This document shows positions 9,231-18,487 of a stretch of DNA of 32,000 nt, one piece after another. The position numbers and the translations under genes are program-made. The notes below the pieces were generated by a model. That model did no database searches. It saw only the letters and a program-made list of their open reading frames with translations, and had not been told where the DNA came from. Origin of the DNA: an uncultured Acidobacteriaceae bacterium (GTDB lineage: Bacteria; Acidobacteriota; Terriglobia; Terriglobales; Acidobacteriaceae); the NCBI GenBank assembly GCA_963726095.1, contig CAVSBD010000004.1, forward strand, positions 144,681 through 176,680, given 5' to 3'. The first letter of the stretch is position 1, and every line of letters starts with the position of its first letter.

Positions 9231-9260
9231 GAATTTCTCTCACCCGAATTTCTCTCACCA
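9231..9260 (+). repeat. Tandem direct repeat, 2 x 15 bp (GAATTTCTCTCACCC / GAATTTCTCTCACCA)
   Basis: Read directly. 14/15 identical. It ends 48 nt upstream of the ATG at 9309. Confidence 0.9.
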
Positions 9261-9308
9261 AGACTCACCGATAGACATAGCCAGCGAAAAAACGATCGAG
9301 CGCTCGGA

Positions 9309-11259
9309 ATGGGCGCCAAAATCACGCGTCGGGATTTTCTCAACGGAGTAGCGCTGGCAGCTGGAGCCGCCACCCTACCGATCGTCATTCCTCAGGAAAT
9401 GTGGGCCGCCGCGGCAGCCGATCTGGGGCCTCAGGATGCCCCGGGATACTATCCTCCAGCGAAAACCGGCCTTCGCGGAAGTCACGTCGGCTCATTTGAA
9501 ACCATGCACAAACTCCGCGACGGCGCTTTCTGGGACGAAGCTCCCAAGCCTATCGACACCGGCGAATCCTACGATCTGGTTATCGTCGGCGGAGGCATCA
9601 GCGGGCTCGCGGCCGCCCATTTTTTTCGTAAGGCCGCCGGCGACAAAGCGCGCGTTCTGATCCTCGAAAACCATGATGACTTTGGAGGACACGCCAAGCG
9701 CAATGAATTTCAAACTGGTGGCCGGACGATCCTGGGCTACGGCGGAACCTTTTCCATCGAGAGTCCTGCTCCTTACAGCACGGTGGCGAAGGGCGTGATC
9801 GAAGAGCTGGGCATCGATGTGTCTTCGTATCCCAAGGTCGTCGACAGGAACCTCTATCGTTCCCTGGGGCTGAAACCGCACCTTTTCTGCGACAAGGAGA
9901 CCTTTGGCCAAGATCAGTTAGTCCCCAACCCTCTCCACGTCAGCAACAGCGACGAAACAGGGGACAAAGAAAAAGAGGCATTGACCGCAACTGCGCTCCA
10001 GGGGTTTCTCGCCAAGGCTCCGCATTTCCGCCAAAGCAAAAGAGGACCTGCAACGCCTTTTGAAGGACGACAAGGATTATTTTCCCGGCCTGTCTTCCCC
10101 CGAGAAAAAAGCCCGCCTTGCGCGCGTCAGTTATGCCAAGTATCTGACGGAAACCGTCGGCGTGAGCAACGAAGTTGTGAAACTCATTCAGACATTGCCT
10201 CATCCCTATTTTGGAGTCGGCATCGACGCCGTGTCGGCGCAGGATGCTTGGGGGATGGACTACTGGGGATTCGACGGCCTGCGGCTTGATCCCGCTCCGG
10301 GCAAGGGCATGAATCGCGACGCCATTCCGAACGAAGAAGCCGAAAAATACTTCTTCCATTTTCCGGACGGCAACGCGTCGATCGCGCGCTTGCTGGTGCG
10401 CAAATTAATTCCGGGCGCGATTCCGGGAAATTCTGCGAGCGACGTGGTCACGGCTAAGGCCAACTATTCCAAGCTCGATAACCCGTCGTCCAGCGTTCGC
10501 ATCCGGCTCAATAGCACCGTGGTCAAGGTGAAGCACAACGGTGATCCAGCGGCAGCGAAAGAAGTCGAAATTTCCTACTTTGAGGACAATAAGCTCAAGA
10601 CCGTGCGTGCCGCGAACTGCATCCTGGCCTGCTGGCACGTGGTCATTCCGTACATCGCTGACGAATTGCCGGACGCTCAAAAGGAAGCTTTGGCGTCGGC
10701 GCAGAAAGTGCCACTTCTGTACACCAACGTCCTGCTGCGCAACTGGACTTCGTTTCAGAAACTGGGCGCAAACTCGATCGCCGCTCCGGGAATGTATTTC
10801 ACGTCCACCAACCTCGACTTGCCGGTGTCGATCGGATCCTACGAATGCACGAAGAAGCCCGACGAACCCATCGTCGTCCACATGATGAAGGCGGCATGCA
10901 AACCCGGACGGCCGGCACGCGAGCAGCACAAATTGGGACGGATCCAACTCTACTCGACGACGTTCGAAACCTACGAGCGCAATATTCGCGAGCAACTTGG
11001 CCGCATGCTCGGACCCGGCGGCTTCGACCCTGGAAAGGACATCCTGGGCATCACCGTCAACCGATGGCCGCACGGATACGCCTACGAATACAATTCATTG
11101 TTCGATTCCTTCTGGCTGGATGGCGGCGAGACGCCGTGCCAGGTGGCGCGTAAACCATTCGGCCGGATCGCCATCGCCAATTCGGATGCCGACGCCTATG
11201 CCTACACCGATTGCGCCATCGACCAGGCCTATCGTGCCGTGCAGGAGTTGAAAAAGTAG
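9309..11259 (+). pseudogene. Tat-signal FAD/NAD(P)-dependent oxidoreductase (spermidine dehydrogenase SpdH-like), interrupted by a +1 frameshift near 10023
   Basis: Twin-arginine signal MGAKITRRDFLNGVALAAGAA. Dinucleotide fold DLVIVGGGISGLAAAHFF and ILENHDDFGGHAKRNEF. The protein-like sequence runs in frame 0 up to ...GFLAKAP (to 10022) and resumes in frame +1 at 10024 as ISAKAKEDLQRLLKDDKDYFPGLSSPEKKARLARVSY... through to 11259. The frame-0 tail after 10023 is Arg/Pro-rich nonsense. Confidence 0.75.
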
Positions 11260-11274
11260 CGAGGAGATTCTTGT

Positions 11275-11823
11275 ATGGCGGGAAAGCCTCCGAGCCGTAA
11301 GAAGCGCGCAAGTCCTCAACCCATTGCCGACCGACCTTTCGCTCCTGGTTACGGCATTGTCGGAGCCAAAGAAGGTAAAGGCCTGCTCCCGTGGACGTGG
11401 GTCGCTAAAAAGATGAAAGTGTGCCGCACGTTTTGGCTGGCAACGATTTACGCCGGCCGCGGACGCCCGCATCTCATGCCGGTCTGGGGAGTGTGGGTCG
11501 ACGACGCTTTCTGCTTCTCGACCGGCCGCGCGTCGCGCAAGGGGAAAAACCTCGCCTCGAACTCCGCCTGCACGATTACCAACGACGATGTCGAGGAAGC
11601 AGTCATCGTGGAGGGCCTGGCGACTGAGGTTAAGGACTCCAGCGAACTGGAACGCATTGCAGTGGCTTATAAGAAGAAGTACAAAATGGACCCACGGAGC
11701 ATGGCCGAGCCAATCTTTCGCGTCGATCCCAGCCGCATTTTCGGCTTTATCGAAAAGACATTTCCTCGATCCGCGACGCGTTGGAAAACCGGCAAAAAAC
11801 CCTCACAGAAACGGGACGGGTAA
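11275..11823 (+). CDS. Pyridoxamine 5'-phosphate oxidase (PPOX)-family flavin-binding protein
   Basis: FWLATIYAGRGRPHLMPVWGVWVDDAFCFSTGRASRKGKNLASN matches the PPOX split-barrel pattern. GAGGAG lies 8 nt upstream of the ATG. Confidence 0.72.
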   Translation: MAGKPPSRKKRASPQPIADRPFAPGYGIVGAKEGKGLLPWTWVAKKMKVCRTFWLATIYAGRGRPHLMPVWGVWVDDAFCFSTGRASRKGKNLASNSACTITNDDVEEAVIVEGLATEVKDSSELERIAVAYKKKYKMDPRSMAEPIFRVDPSRIFGFIEKTFPRSATRWKTGKKPSQKRDG

Positions 11824-11837
11824 CGGCCAAACCCCAC

Positions 11838-11864
11838 GTTAGTAACGCCCCTGCGGTTACTAAC
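11838..11864. other. Perfect 9-bp inverted repeat GTTAGTAAC-N9-GTTACTAAC
   Basis: Read directly. It begins 15 nt after the PPOX-family stop. No T-run follows, so it is not a canonical terminator. Confidence 0.8.
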
Positions 11865-12078
11865 TGGCTGAAAAAGAAAACCCATTTTGGCGGTTGCCGT
11901 TCCTCGACCAATGTGGAAAAATACCTTCAGTTTGTAATAAGGTCTCTCCCCCTCGAATCTGTTGCACAAGCAAGCCGTTTTGAACCGTATTGAATCAGTG
12001 TGCGTGCCTCTGAAGAGTTGCGTGAACCCAGGTTTGTCCGTCAAGACAAAGACCATCTCGTTGTGGTGAGGGAATCCG

Positions 12079-14331
12079 ATGTGTGACCAAGTTCGTCCAG
12101 CCAGGAAAATTCAGGATGTCGCAATCATGAGCCGTCACATGTGCCGTCAAAAGACCAGCCACCTGCCGCGTCTACAAGGGACTTCACTCGCCATTACGTT
12201 CTTCGCGCTCTGCTTTTTCGTTGTCTGCCCGGGGCTGTCTGTTTCCTGGGGGCAAACTGACGTCTTGACCCAGCACAATGACAATACGCGCTCGGGCTTG
12301 AATTCGACCGAGACGATCTTGACTCCGTCCAACGTCAACCTGACCACGTTCGGAAAACTCTTCACGCACAGCGTCGACGGCATCATCGTCGGGCAACCGC
12401 TCTATGCCAGTAATGTTTTGATGAACGATGGCCATACCCACAACGTGGTCTACGTGGCGACACAGCATAATAGCGTCTATGCCTTCGACGCCGACAACAT
12501 CTTAGGCAATAATGCGTCACCGCTGTGGTCCGTGAGCCTGGACGACGGGGGTACGAGCGATCCGATCGCAGACTTTGGTTGCACCGGCACCCACTACACC
12601 GAAATCGGGGCCATGGGCACTCCGGTAATCGATCCCGGGAAAACTACTCTTTACATCGTCGCCAAGACCGTAACCGGTACAACCCGCAACTTCAGCCTTC
12701 ATGCCCTGGACATCACCAGCGGCAGCGAGCGCCTGGGAGGACCGGTGATTATCAATGGCACGGCACCGTCCAGCAACGGCTCCGGAACGTTTAATCCTAT
12801 CTATCAAATGCAGCGCCCAGCGCTCCTGCTACAGAACAGCGTCCTCTACATCGGATTCGGCGGCAATGGCTGTGACGTGTACGCGTACAACGGGTGGTTC
12901 TTCGCCTACAATTCTCAAACTCTGAAGCAGGAAGACGCGTTTCTGGTTACGCCTGACGGAAGCCGCGCTTCCATCTGGCAAGGTGGAAGTGGTCCCGCCG
13001 TCGATGAGTTCGGGAACATCTACGTCGTCACTGCGAACGGCACATACGATGGCCCTGCGGGAGGCAACGACTTTGGCGACACCGTTCTCAAGATGGGCTG
13101 GACCGGAAGCACATTCGGCGTGCTGGACTTTTTCACGCCCTACAACCAGTCGCAACTGTCGCAGCAGGATCTGGACCTCGGCTCATCGGGCGCACTGATT
13201 CTGCCCGATCAACCGGGCCTCTATTCACATGAACTCGTTGCGGGGGGCAAGCAGGGCACGCTCTACCTCGTCAATCGGGACAACCTGGGACAGTTCAACG
13301 CAAATACCGACACTGTGATCCAGTCCATTCCCGGCGCCGTAGTCGACGAACTCGTCGGAGTGCCGTCTTACTGGAACGGCAACGTGTATGTGGCAGGAGA
13401 CCTCGACTACATCAAGCAATTCTCGCTGGTGAACGGACTTTTGACCTTGCAGCCCGTCTCCCAAACTTCGGTTGTGTTTGGTGGTGCTGGTCCAGCCTCG
13501 ACGTCGATCACATCCAACGCAAACACCAGCGCCATTCTCTGGGCAATCCGACATACCAATCCTGCCCTGTTCGCGTTTGATCCCACCAACCTTGCCAAGG
13601 AGTTCTACGACAGCACGCAAGCAAAGCAGGCGCGCGACAAGATGGTTCCAGTCGTGCGCTTCGTAACGCCGACGATCTCGAACGGTAAGGTATTCGTGGG
13701 AGGAACCGCGGCGCTCGAAGCCTATGGACTGCTGCCAACGCTGTTGCCGGTCGCGGGGAACAACCAGTCTGGAACCGAGAAAGCGATCTTGCCCATACCG
13801 CTCACGGTGCTGGCCTCCGATTCCTATTCGGCCAAGCCATTGGCCGGTGTCTCCGTAACCTGCAAAGACGGAGGTGTCGGAGGCATATTCACTCCGAGCG
13901 CCACGCAATCGACCAATGGAACCGGAGAAGCTGCGTTCACCTACCAGTTGCCGATCAAACCGCGTGCCGTGTCGATCACTTGCACGAATCTCAACTACAC
14001 CACAGCTGCATTCAGCGAAACCGTCACGGTAGGTGCAGCGACGCGGATGAGCATTGCTTCCGGAAACAACCAGACCGCATTGCCGAATACTCCGCTCGGA
14101 GCGCCGATTGTGATGAAGGTGTATGACGCTCACGGCTACGGTGTTCCGGGAATTACGGTGAACTTTACCGACAATGGCGCGGGCGGATCGTTTCTCGCTA
14201 CCTCGATCGTTAGCGATGCGACAGGAACTGTCACGGCGAACTACACAACCGGCTCAAGCACGGGCAAGAAGATCCTCACGGCTTCTTCGACTGGCCTGAA
14301 ATCGCTGAATTTAGGGGTAACGGTACAGTAG
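12079..14331 (+). CDS. Secreted PQQ-like beta-propeller protein with two C-terminal Big_1 (invasin-type Ig-like) domains
   Basis: Hydrophobic signal segment LAITFFALCFFVVCPGL. N-terminal TQHNDNTRSGLN...VYVATQHNSVYAFDAD and repeated propeller blades. The C-terminus has two ~90-aa Ig-like units (VSVTCKDGGVGGIF..., ITVNFTDNGAGGSF...). The ATG at 12079 has GAGGG 6 nt upstream; alternative starts are at 12127 and 12139. Confidence 0.78.
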   Translation: MCDQVRPARKIQDVAIMSRHMCRQKTSHLPRLQGTSLAITFFALCFFVVCPGLSVSWGQTDVLTQHNDNTRSGLNSTETILTPSNVNLTTFGKLFTHSVDGIIVGQPLYASNVLMNDGHTHNVVYVATQHNSVYAFDADNILGNNASPLWSVSLDDGGTSDPIADFGCTGTHYTEIGAMGTPVIDPGKTTLYIVAKTVTGTTRNFSLHALDITSGSERLGGPVIINGTAPSSNGSGTFNPIYQMQRPALLLQNSVLYIGFGGNGCDVYAYNGWFFAYNSQTLKQEDAFLVTPDGSRASIWQGGSGPAVDEFGNIYVVTANGTYDGPAGGNDFGDTVLKMGWTGSTFGVLDFFTPYNQSQLSQQDLDLGSSGALILPDQPGLYSHELVAGGKQGTLYLVNRDNLGQFNANTDTVIQSIPGAVVDELVGVPSYWNGNVYVAGDLDYIKQFSLVNGLLTLQPVSQTSVVFGGAGPASTSITSNANTSAILWAIRHTNPALFAFDPTNLAKEFYDSTQAKQARDKMVPVVRFVTPTISNGKVFVGGTAALEAYGLLPTLLPVAGNNQSGTEKAILPIPLTVLASDSYSAKPLAGVSVTCKDGGVGGIFTPSATQSTNGTGEAAFTYQLPIKPRAVSITCTNLNYTTAAFSETVTVGAATRMSIASGNNQTALPNTPLGAPIVMKVYDAHGYGVPGITVNFTDNGAGGSFLATSIVSDATGTVTANYTTGSSTGKKILTASSTGLKSLNLGVTVQ

Positions 14332-14348
14332 TCGCACGGTTCGTCGCG

Positions 14349-15401
14349 TCATGCCTTCAACAGTCGGCGCGCCGACAAGTGCGCGCCCGTCAATAGCAGC
14401 ATTCCCGACAAGAACGCCCAGAACATCAAGCTGACTGAGATCGCGAACGGGCCGTAGACTTCGGCAAAATTCAGCCGCGGCAGGGCGAAGAAGTACGCGT
14501 ACTTCAGCAATTCCGAGAGCAATCCCATCAGCACTGCGGCGGGCAAAACTCCGCGTGCCGGAACCTTGCCATTCGGCAGCAGCCAGTAGACGAGAAAAAA
14601 TATCGCGATGCTGGCCAGGATCGCAAAGGTCTTCATCATGATGAAGTCCACCAGACCAACATACCATCCGCCGTAGCCGTGCATCGCGCTTTTGACCACC
14701 GCTAAGTTACCCGCTGTCAGGCCTACCGAGAGCAACGCCAGCGATCCACAGGCGAACACCAGGGCCAGCGCAATCAGCTGATTTCCTAGATACGAGCGAT
14801 TGTTGCGGAACCTCCAGACACGATTCAGGGCCACTTCAAGCGGCAGAAAAATTCCCGTCGACGTGATCAACAGCATCACCAGCGAAAATACCTGGGCACG
14901 ATGATGCTCACTAACCAGCGCATTCAGATTCCGAATTACGAACTCCTGTCCTGTCGGCAGATAGTCGCGCAGGAGATTTTCGATCACGTGATACATCACC
15001 TGGGAACGAAAGACGTAGCGGATCAGCGTCATCAGCAACAGCAGAAAAGGAAAGAACGACAGAATGGCGTTGGCAGCGACGGAAAAGGCGAATGTGTGGA
15101 CTTCGGTCCGCAGCATGTAGCGCAGAGTCGAGCGTACGACGCCATCCACTGGAGCTGGCCGAAGTTCGGCTGCGCCTTGCTGGTCTGAGGCTTTGATGGG
15201 AGCGATCGAATTCACTGGTTTCTCAAATATTATCAAATACTTACGGAATGTCGGCGGATCGCAGTCGAATCGTGCGAACTTCGGTTCTGGCTGTGGTTCG
15301 AGGCTGCGGCGGCACATTGAGCGCATACATTGAACCCCAGTCACATTCCCCAAGTGTTTCAATAACTTCGCTCTTGCCATCCGAAAACTTCCTGCTATCA
15401 T
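14349..15401 (-). CDS. YihY/BrkB family membrane protein
   Basis: Multi-TM ORF with family-typical [36 protein letters not shown] and [14 protein letters not shown]. The 5' end is uncertain: the track start at 15518 is TTG, and in-frame ATGs lie at 15401, 15380, 15326 and 15317. Confidence 0.75.
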   Translation of the reverse strand: MIAGSFRMARAKLLKHLGNVTGVQCMRSMCRRSLEPQPEPKFARFDCDPPTFRKYLIIFEKPVNSIAPIKASDQQGAAELRPAPVDGVVRSTLRYMLRTEVHTFAFSVAANAILSFFPFLLLLMTLIRYVFRSQVMYHVIENLLRDYLPTGQEFVIRNLNALVSEHHRAQVFSLVMLLITSTGIFLPLEVALNRVWRFRNNRSYLGNQLIALALVFACGSLALLSVGLTAGNLAVVKSAMHGYGGWYVGLVDFIMMKTFAILASIAIFFLVYWLLPNGKVPARGVLPAAVLMGLLSELLKYAYFFALPRLNFAEVYGPFAISVSLMFWAFLSGMLLLTGAHLSARRLLKA

Positions 15402-15688
15402 CTGGTGCTTCGCTGGCCGGACCCGGCTGGCGTGTGTGGGAAAGATCGACGTTGCTGTGTCAGCAGTGCGATATCGCGTCAACGTTTTCGCGGCTCCACG
15501 GTATTTTGTCGCGGGCAATGCTCCGGCGAAATGCAGAGGAGCCGTTTCTGTTGGAGCGCTGTCCGCAGCCCGCGGCGACGCCTGAACAAGTTCTTACCGT
15601 CCTTCGAGGGGGATGTCTCGCCGGGTCCCGAGGCAGATGGACAAGCGACGGAAGAATCAATCTTAGCGATAAGGCGAAAGGAGTTTCT

Positions 15689-15898
15689 GTGAGAGAGAAG
15701 GGTACTGTGAAGTGGTTCAACGGAGCGAAGGGATACGGATTCATCCAGCGCTCCACCGGCGAGGATGTGTTCGTGCATTTCTCGGCCATCCAGGAGAACG
15801 GTTACCGCTCGCTGAACGAAGGCGAGACCGTGGAGTTCGACTTGCTCAAAGGCCCGAAAGGCTTTCAGGCAGGCAATGTCGTGCGTGCCGCGGCATAA
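15689..15898 (+). CDS. Cold-shock protein (CspA family)
   Basis: [15 protein letters not shown] (RNP1) and DVFVHFSAI (RNP2). GTG start with AAAGGAG 5 nt upstream. The rest of the 216-codon track ORF upstream is not protein-like. Confidence 0.92.
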   Translation: MREKGTVKWFNGAKGYGFIQRSTGEDVFVHFSAIQENGYRSLNEGETVEFDLLKGPKGFQAGNVVRAAA

Positions 15899-15918
15899 GA
15901 TTTCTCCAACCAGTTCGC

Positions 15919-15956
15919 AAACCCTCTCAGATGTGTGGGGAGGGTTTTTTATTTTT
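15919..15956 (+). terminator. Rho-independent terminator of csp
   Basis: Stem AAACCCTC (15919-15926) / GAGGGTTT (15940-15947), followed by TTTTTTATTTTT. Confidence 0.75.
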
Positions 15957-16016
15957 GCGTCGAGATCGACTTCATTTCGCCTGTTAACGATCGGGATAAT
16001 ATCCATGGGGTTATGT

Positions 16017-16040
16017 CCCCCCCCCCCCCCCCCCCCCCCC
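16017..16040. repeat. C24 homopolymer (G24 on the minus strand)
   Basis: Counted directly: 4 C at 16017-16020 plus 20 C at 16021-16040. Intergenic, 60 nt after the csp terminator. Confidence 0.97.
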
Positions 16041-16401
16041 AATTTTTGCGTAACTTGCTCATTTAACAACTAGTTACTCACACGACCCTCAAAATAAAGG
16101 GCTTAGGCTCGTTTTTCGCCCTAAATTCCCGTTTTGGGGCGGTTTGGAGGAGGATCGATGCTGGTCCGCGATGGCTCGCTCTCATTCGCTGACTACCTTG
16201 GTTTATCAAAGAGTAACTGGCTGTTCCGGCTTTGCCGGTGAGATGCAATTGTCGCATCGGGCTTGTTCGGAGTCTGTGATGGGGCGCACTGTGCGATTGT
16301 GACGACAAAAATCCAGCGACTCCCAGGAACGCACATGGTATTGTATATACAGATTCGTCATTACAAGCCGGAAAGGCACCGCAACTAGGAACGAAAAATC
16401 T

Positions 16402-16737
16402 ATGCGCCAGAAGGTTAAGAACAGAACGGCAAAGAATGGAAAGCAGAGGCGGATTTCTCGATCCGATCTTACTTCGGCACAGCGGCGAGAGCTGGCAACG
16501 CTGGCCGCGTTGCCTGACGAGCAAATCGACACTTCGGATATCCCGGAGCTTCCGCCGAGCGCTTGGCAGATGCCGGAGGCGATCCGTGGCCGGTTCTATC
16601 GCCCGGTGAAGCAAGCGGTTTCGCTGCGTCTCGATGCGGACGTTATTGCCTGGCTAAAGAATCGGGGCAAGGGGTACCAGACGCGAGTGAACAGGATCCT
16701 CAGGCAAACGATGCTGGCCGATACCAAGAACGGCTAG
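16402..16737 (+). CDS. brnA: BrnA-type antitoxin (DUF4415 family), no intact cognate toxin adjacent
   Basis: The C-terminal half DTSDIPELPPSAW...RGRFYRPVKQAVSLRLDADVIAWLKNRGKGYQTRVNRILRQ matches the DUF4415/BrnA pattern as I remember it. Confidence 0.75.
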   Translation: MRQKVKNRTAKNGKQRRISRSDLTSAQRRELATLAALPDEQIDTSDIPELPPSAWQMPEAIRGRFYRPVKQAVSLRLDADVIAWLKNRGKGYQTRVNRILRQTMLADTKNG

Positions 16738-16898
16738 AAAATTCCGCGCATCCGCTCACACCGTCCTCACGTCCAGACTCCTCCACAGATAGGGTGTGAC
16801 GAAAAAGCGGTCGCGGCGGCGGGCCACCTCTCAAAGAGCGCGAGAAGTGGCGCACCCGGCGTAACTTGTTCAGGCTCTTCTCTGCCAGCAGTTCGGAT

Positions 16899-16932
16899 GC
16901 CCACCCTTTGCACAAAAACGCAAAGGATGGGC
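16899..16932. repeat. REP-like hairpin element (GCCCACCCTTTGC-N8-GCAAAGGATGGGC)
   Basis: 13-nt arms with 12/13 complementary. It shares a CTTTGCRCA core with the elements at 20113-20146 and 20836-20867. Confidence 0.7.
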
Positions 16933-17077
16933 CACCCGCCACCCGCCGAGTAAGTCCCGTCGTCAGGTCATTGACAAGCAGTCCGCCCGAGCGGACAATT
17001 CTCGTTTCTCGACTGCCGCGAAATTCCCGCCCCCATCGGCAGCGGAGCTGATCCTCGGACCCGAAGGAAGGACCCTA

Positions 17078-18286
17078 ATGAAGCGTGTTCACTTGGTTTC
17101 GCTACTGGCTGCGCTTTCTGCGCTGCTTCTGATCGCCACCACCCGTTCGGCGCAGGCCCAAACTGAATCTGTGCTCTACAACTTCACGGGCGGCAGCGAT
17201 GGGTCTTATCCGAATACCAACCTCACACCTGACGGTGCTGGCAACTATTATGGGACAACTCGATTTGGAGGTCTTGGGTATGGAACGGTATTCGAACTCT
17301 CTCCTAATGGCAATGGCGGATGGAGCGAAACCACGCTCTACGCCTTTACGAGCGGAGTATCTATCTCACCTACGCCAGCAACTTCTAGACTAGTGGTCGA
17401 TGGTTTAGGCAACATCTACGGCGTCTATTCGGAGAATGATGGCAGCGGATATCCAAACACAATTCTGTTTGAGCTCAGTGCGATTGGAGGAAGCTGGGTG
17501 GAGACCACTGCATTCACCTTTGGCGAATCGGTCGGTGAATTAGGAGGGCTCGTCATAGACGCAGCAGGCAATATCTATGGTACAGACGGTGCGAAGTATA
17601 TCGACAATTCTATCCCAGAGAAGTTCTCAGGGAGTATCTTCGAGTTAAGTCCTACACCTGGTGGTTGGACAGAGCAAGTGCTGTACACCGGTTCCAAAGT
17701 CACTAACGGTATAACCTCTGCTGGACCAACGATAGATGTGGCCGGGAACATATACGCGATCGTAGCTTCGGAGGTGGTCAAGCTATCGCCAAACGGTAAC
17801 GGGTGGACCTCGACTATGATTTATCACATCGGTGGTCCAATTCTTGAGGCGAGCACTCCGATAGTTGACAAAGCTGGAAATATCTATGGCACGCTGGCAT
17901 CAGTGCGAAACTTACCTTGCTCGAAAGGTGGCTGCGGCAAAGTGTATAAACTAGTTCCAGGACAACTGAAGTGGACATACAAAATTATTCATACGTTCGG
18001 CCCGACGCCGGATGGCAACACTCCTGAGGGAAATCTCGCACTTGATGCCGCTGGAAACGTTTATGGTACCGCTAGCAGTCTTGACTATCCTGAATACGGA
18101 TACGGGAATGTTTACGAGCTGAAACCTAGTAAACCTAGCTACCTAGAACAGATCCTTTGGAGTTTCAACGGTACGAATGGGGAGTATCCAGGAGGGGGAG
18201 TGGTTATGGATAGTTTGGGGAACCTTTATGGCACGGCTTTGGGCGGATCGAACAACGCTGGCGTGGTGTTCGAATTGACCCCGTAG
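17078..18286 (+). CDS. Secreted GloVer (Gloeo_Verruco) tandem-repeat protein, predicted beta-propeller
   Basis: Signal peptide MKRVHLVSLLAALSALLLIATTRSAQA. About 7 repeats of the type G(N)(I/Y)YGTT..GG..G.G(T/S)(V/I)FEL(S/T)P. AAGGA lies upstream of the ATG. Confidence 0.78.
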   Translation: MKRVHLVSLLAALSALLLIATTRSAQAQTESVLYNFTGGSDGSYPNTNLTPDGAGNYYGTTRFGGLGYGTVFELSPNGNGGWSETTLYAFTSGVSISPTPATSRLVVDGLGNIYGVYSENDGSGYPNTILFELSAIGGSWVETTAFTFGESVGELGGLVIDAAGNIYGTDGAKYIDNSIPEKFSGSIFELSPTPGGWTEQVLYTGSKVTNGITSAGPTIDVAGNIYAIVASEVVKLSPNGNGWTSTMIYHIGGPILEASTPIVDKAGNIYGTLASVRNLPCSKGGCGKVYKLVPGQLKWTYKIIHTFGPTPDGNTPEGNLALDAAGNVYGTASSLDYPEYGYGNVYELKPSKPSYLEQILWSFNGTNGEYPGGGVVMDSLGNLYGTALGGSNNAGVVFELTP

Positions 18287-18307
18287 GATGTCTTTTGATT
18301 CACGAAC

Positions 18308-18487
18308 ATGCCGGCTCGGAAAAAGATCAACCTCGAAAAACTGCTGGCGTCCCTGGCTACGCCCTGCTCCAACTGCGGATACCAGATTCCACCGGCAGAA
18401 TTGCCCCGAGTCAGTGCGAATCAAATACTCTGCCCGAGTGCGGAGTCACTTTCACGAGGAGGGCGTCAGCCTGAATCGCGAGACTGA
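18308..18487 (+). CDS. Small hypothetical protein with half a zinc-ribbon signature (59 aa as it stands)
   Basis: My own translation of an ORF below the track cutoff: MPARKKINLEKLLASLATPCSNCGYQIPPAELPRVSANQILCPSAES... The N-terminus is protein-like, unlike the overlapping track frame. See the finding on a possible frameshift. Confidence 0.35.
   Translation: MPARKKINLEKLLASLATPCSNCGYQIPPAELPRVSANQILCPSAESLSRGGRQPESRD

Noticed and set aside
10015-10030. Programmed +1 ribosomal frameshift in the oxidoreductase gene.
   Set aside because: There is no slippery sequence, rare or stop codon at the shift site, or upstream SD-like stimulator. A mutation or an assembly indel is the simpler explanation.
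15248-15688. N-terminal 147 codons of the 216-codon track ORF that contains the cold-shock protein.
   Set aside because: This part is not protein-like. The Csp domain begins at the GTG at 15689, which has a good AAAGGAG SD, and Csp proteins are about 70 aa.
16078-16614. Minus-strand ORFs 16078..16614 and 16206..16532, which overlap brnA and its upstream region.
   Set aside because: They are antisense to a gene with a recognisable family signature. Their composition is Arg/Ser/Cys-rich, and one runs into the repeat element next to the poly-C tract.
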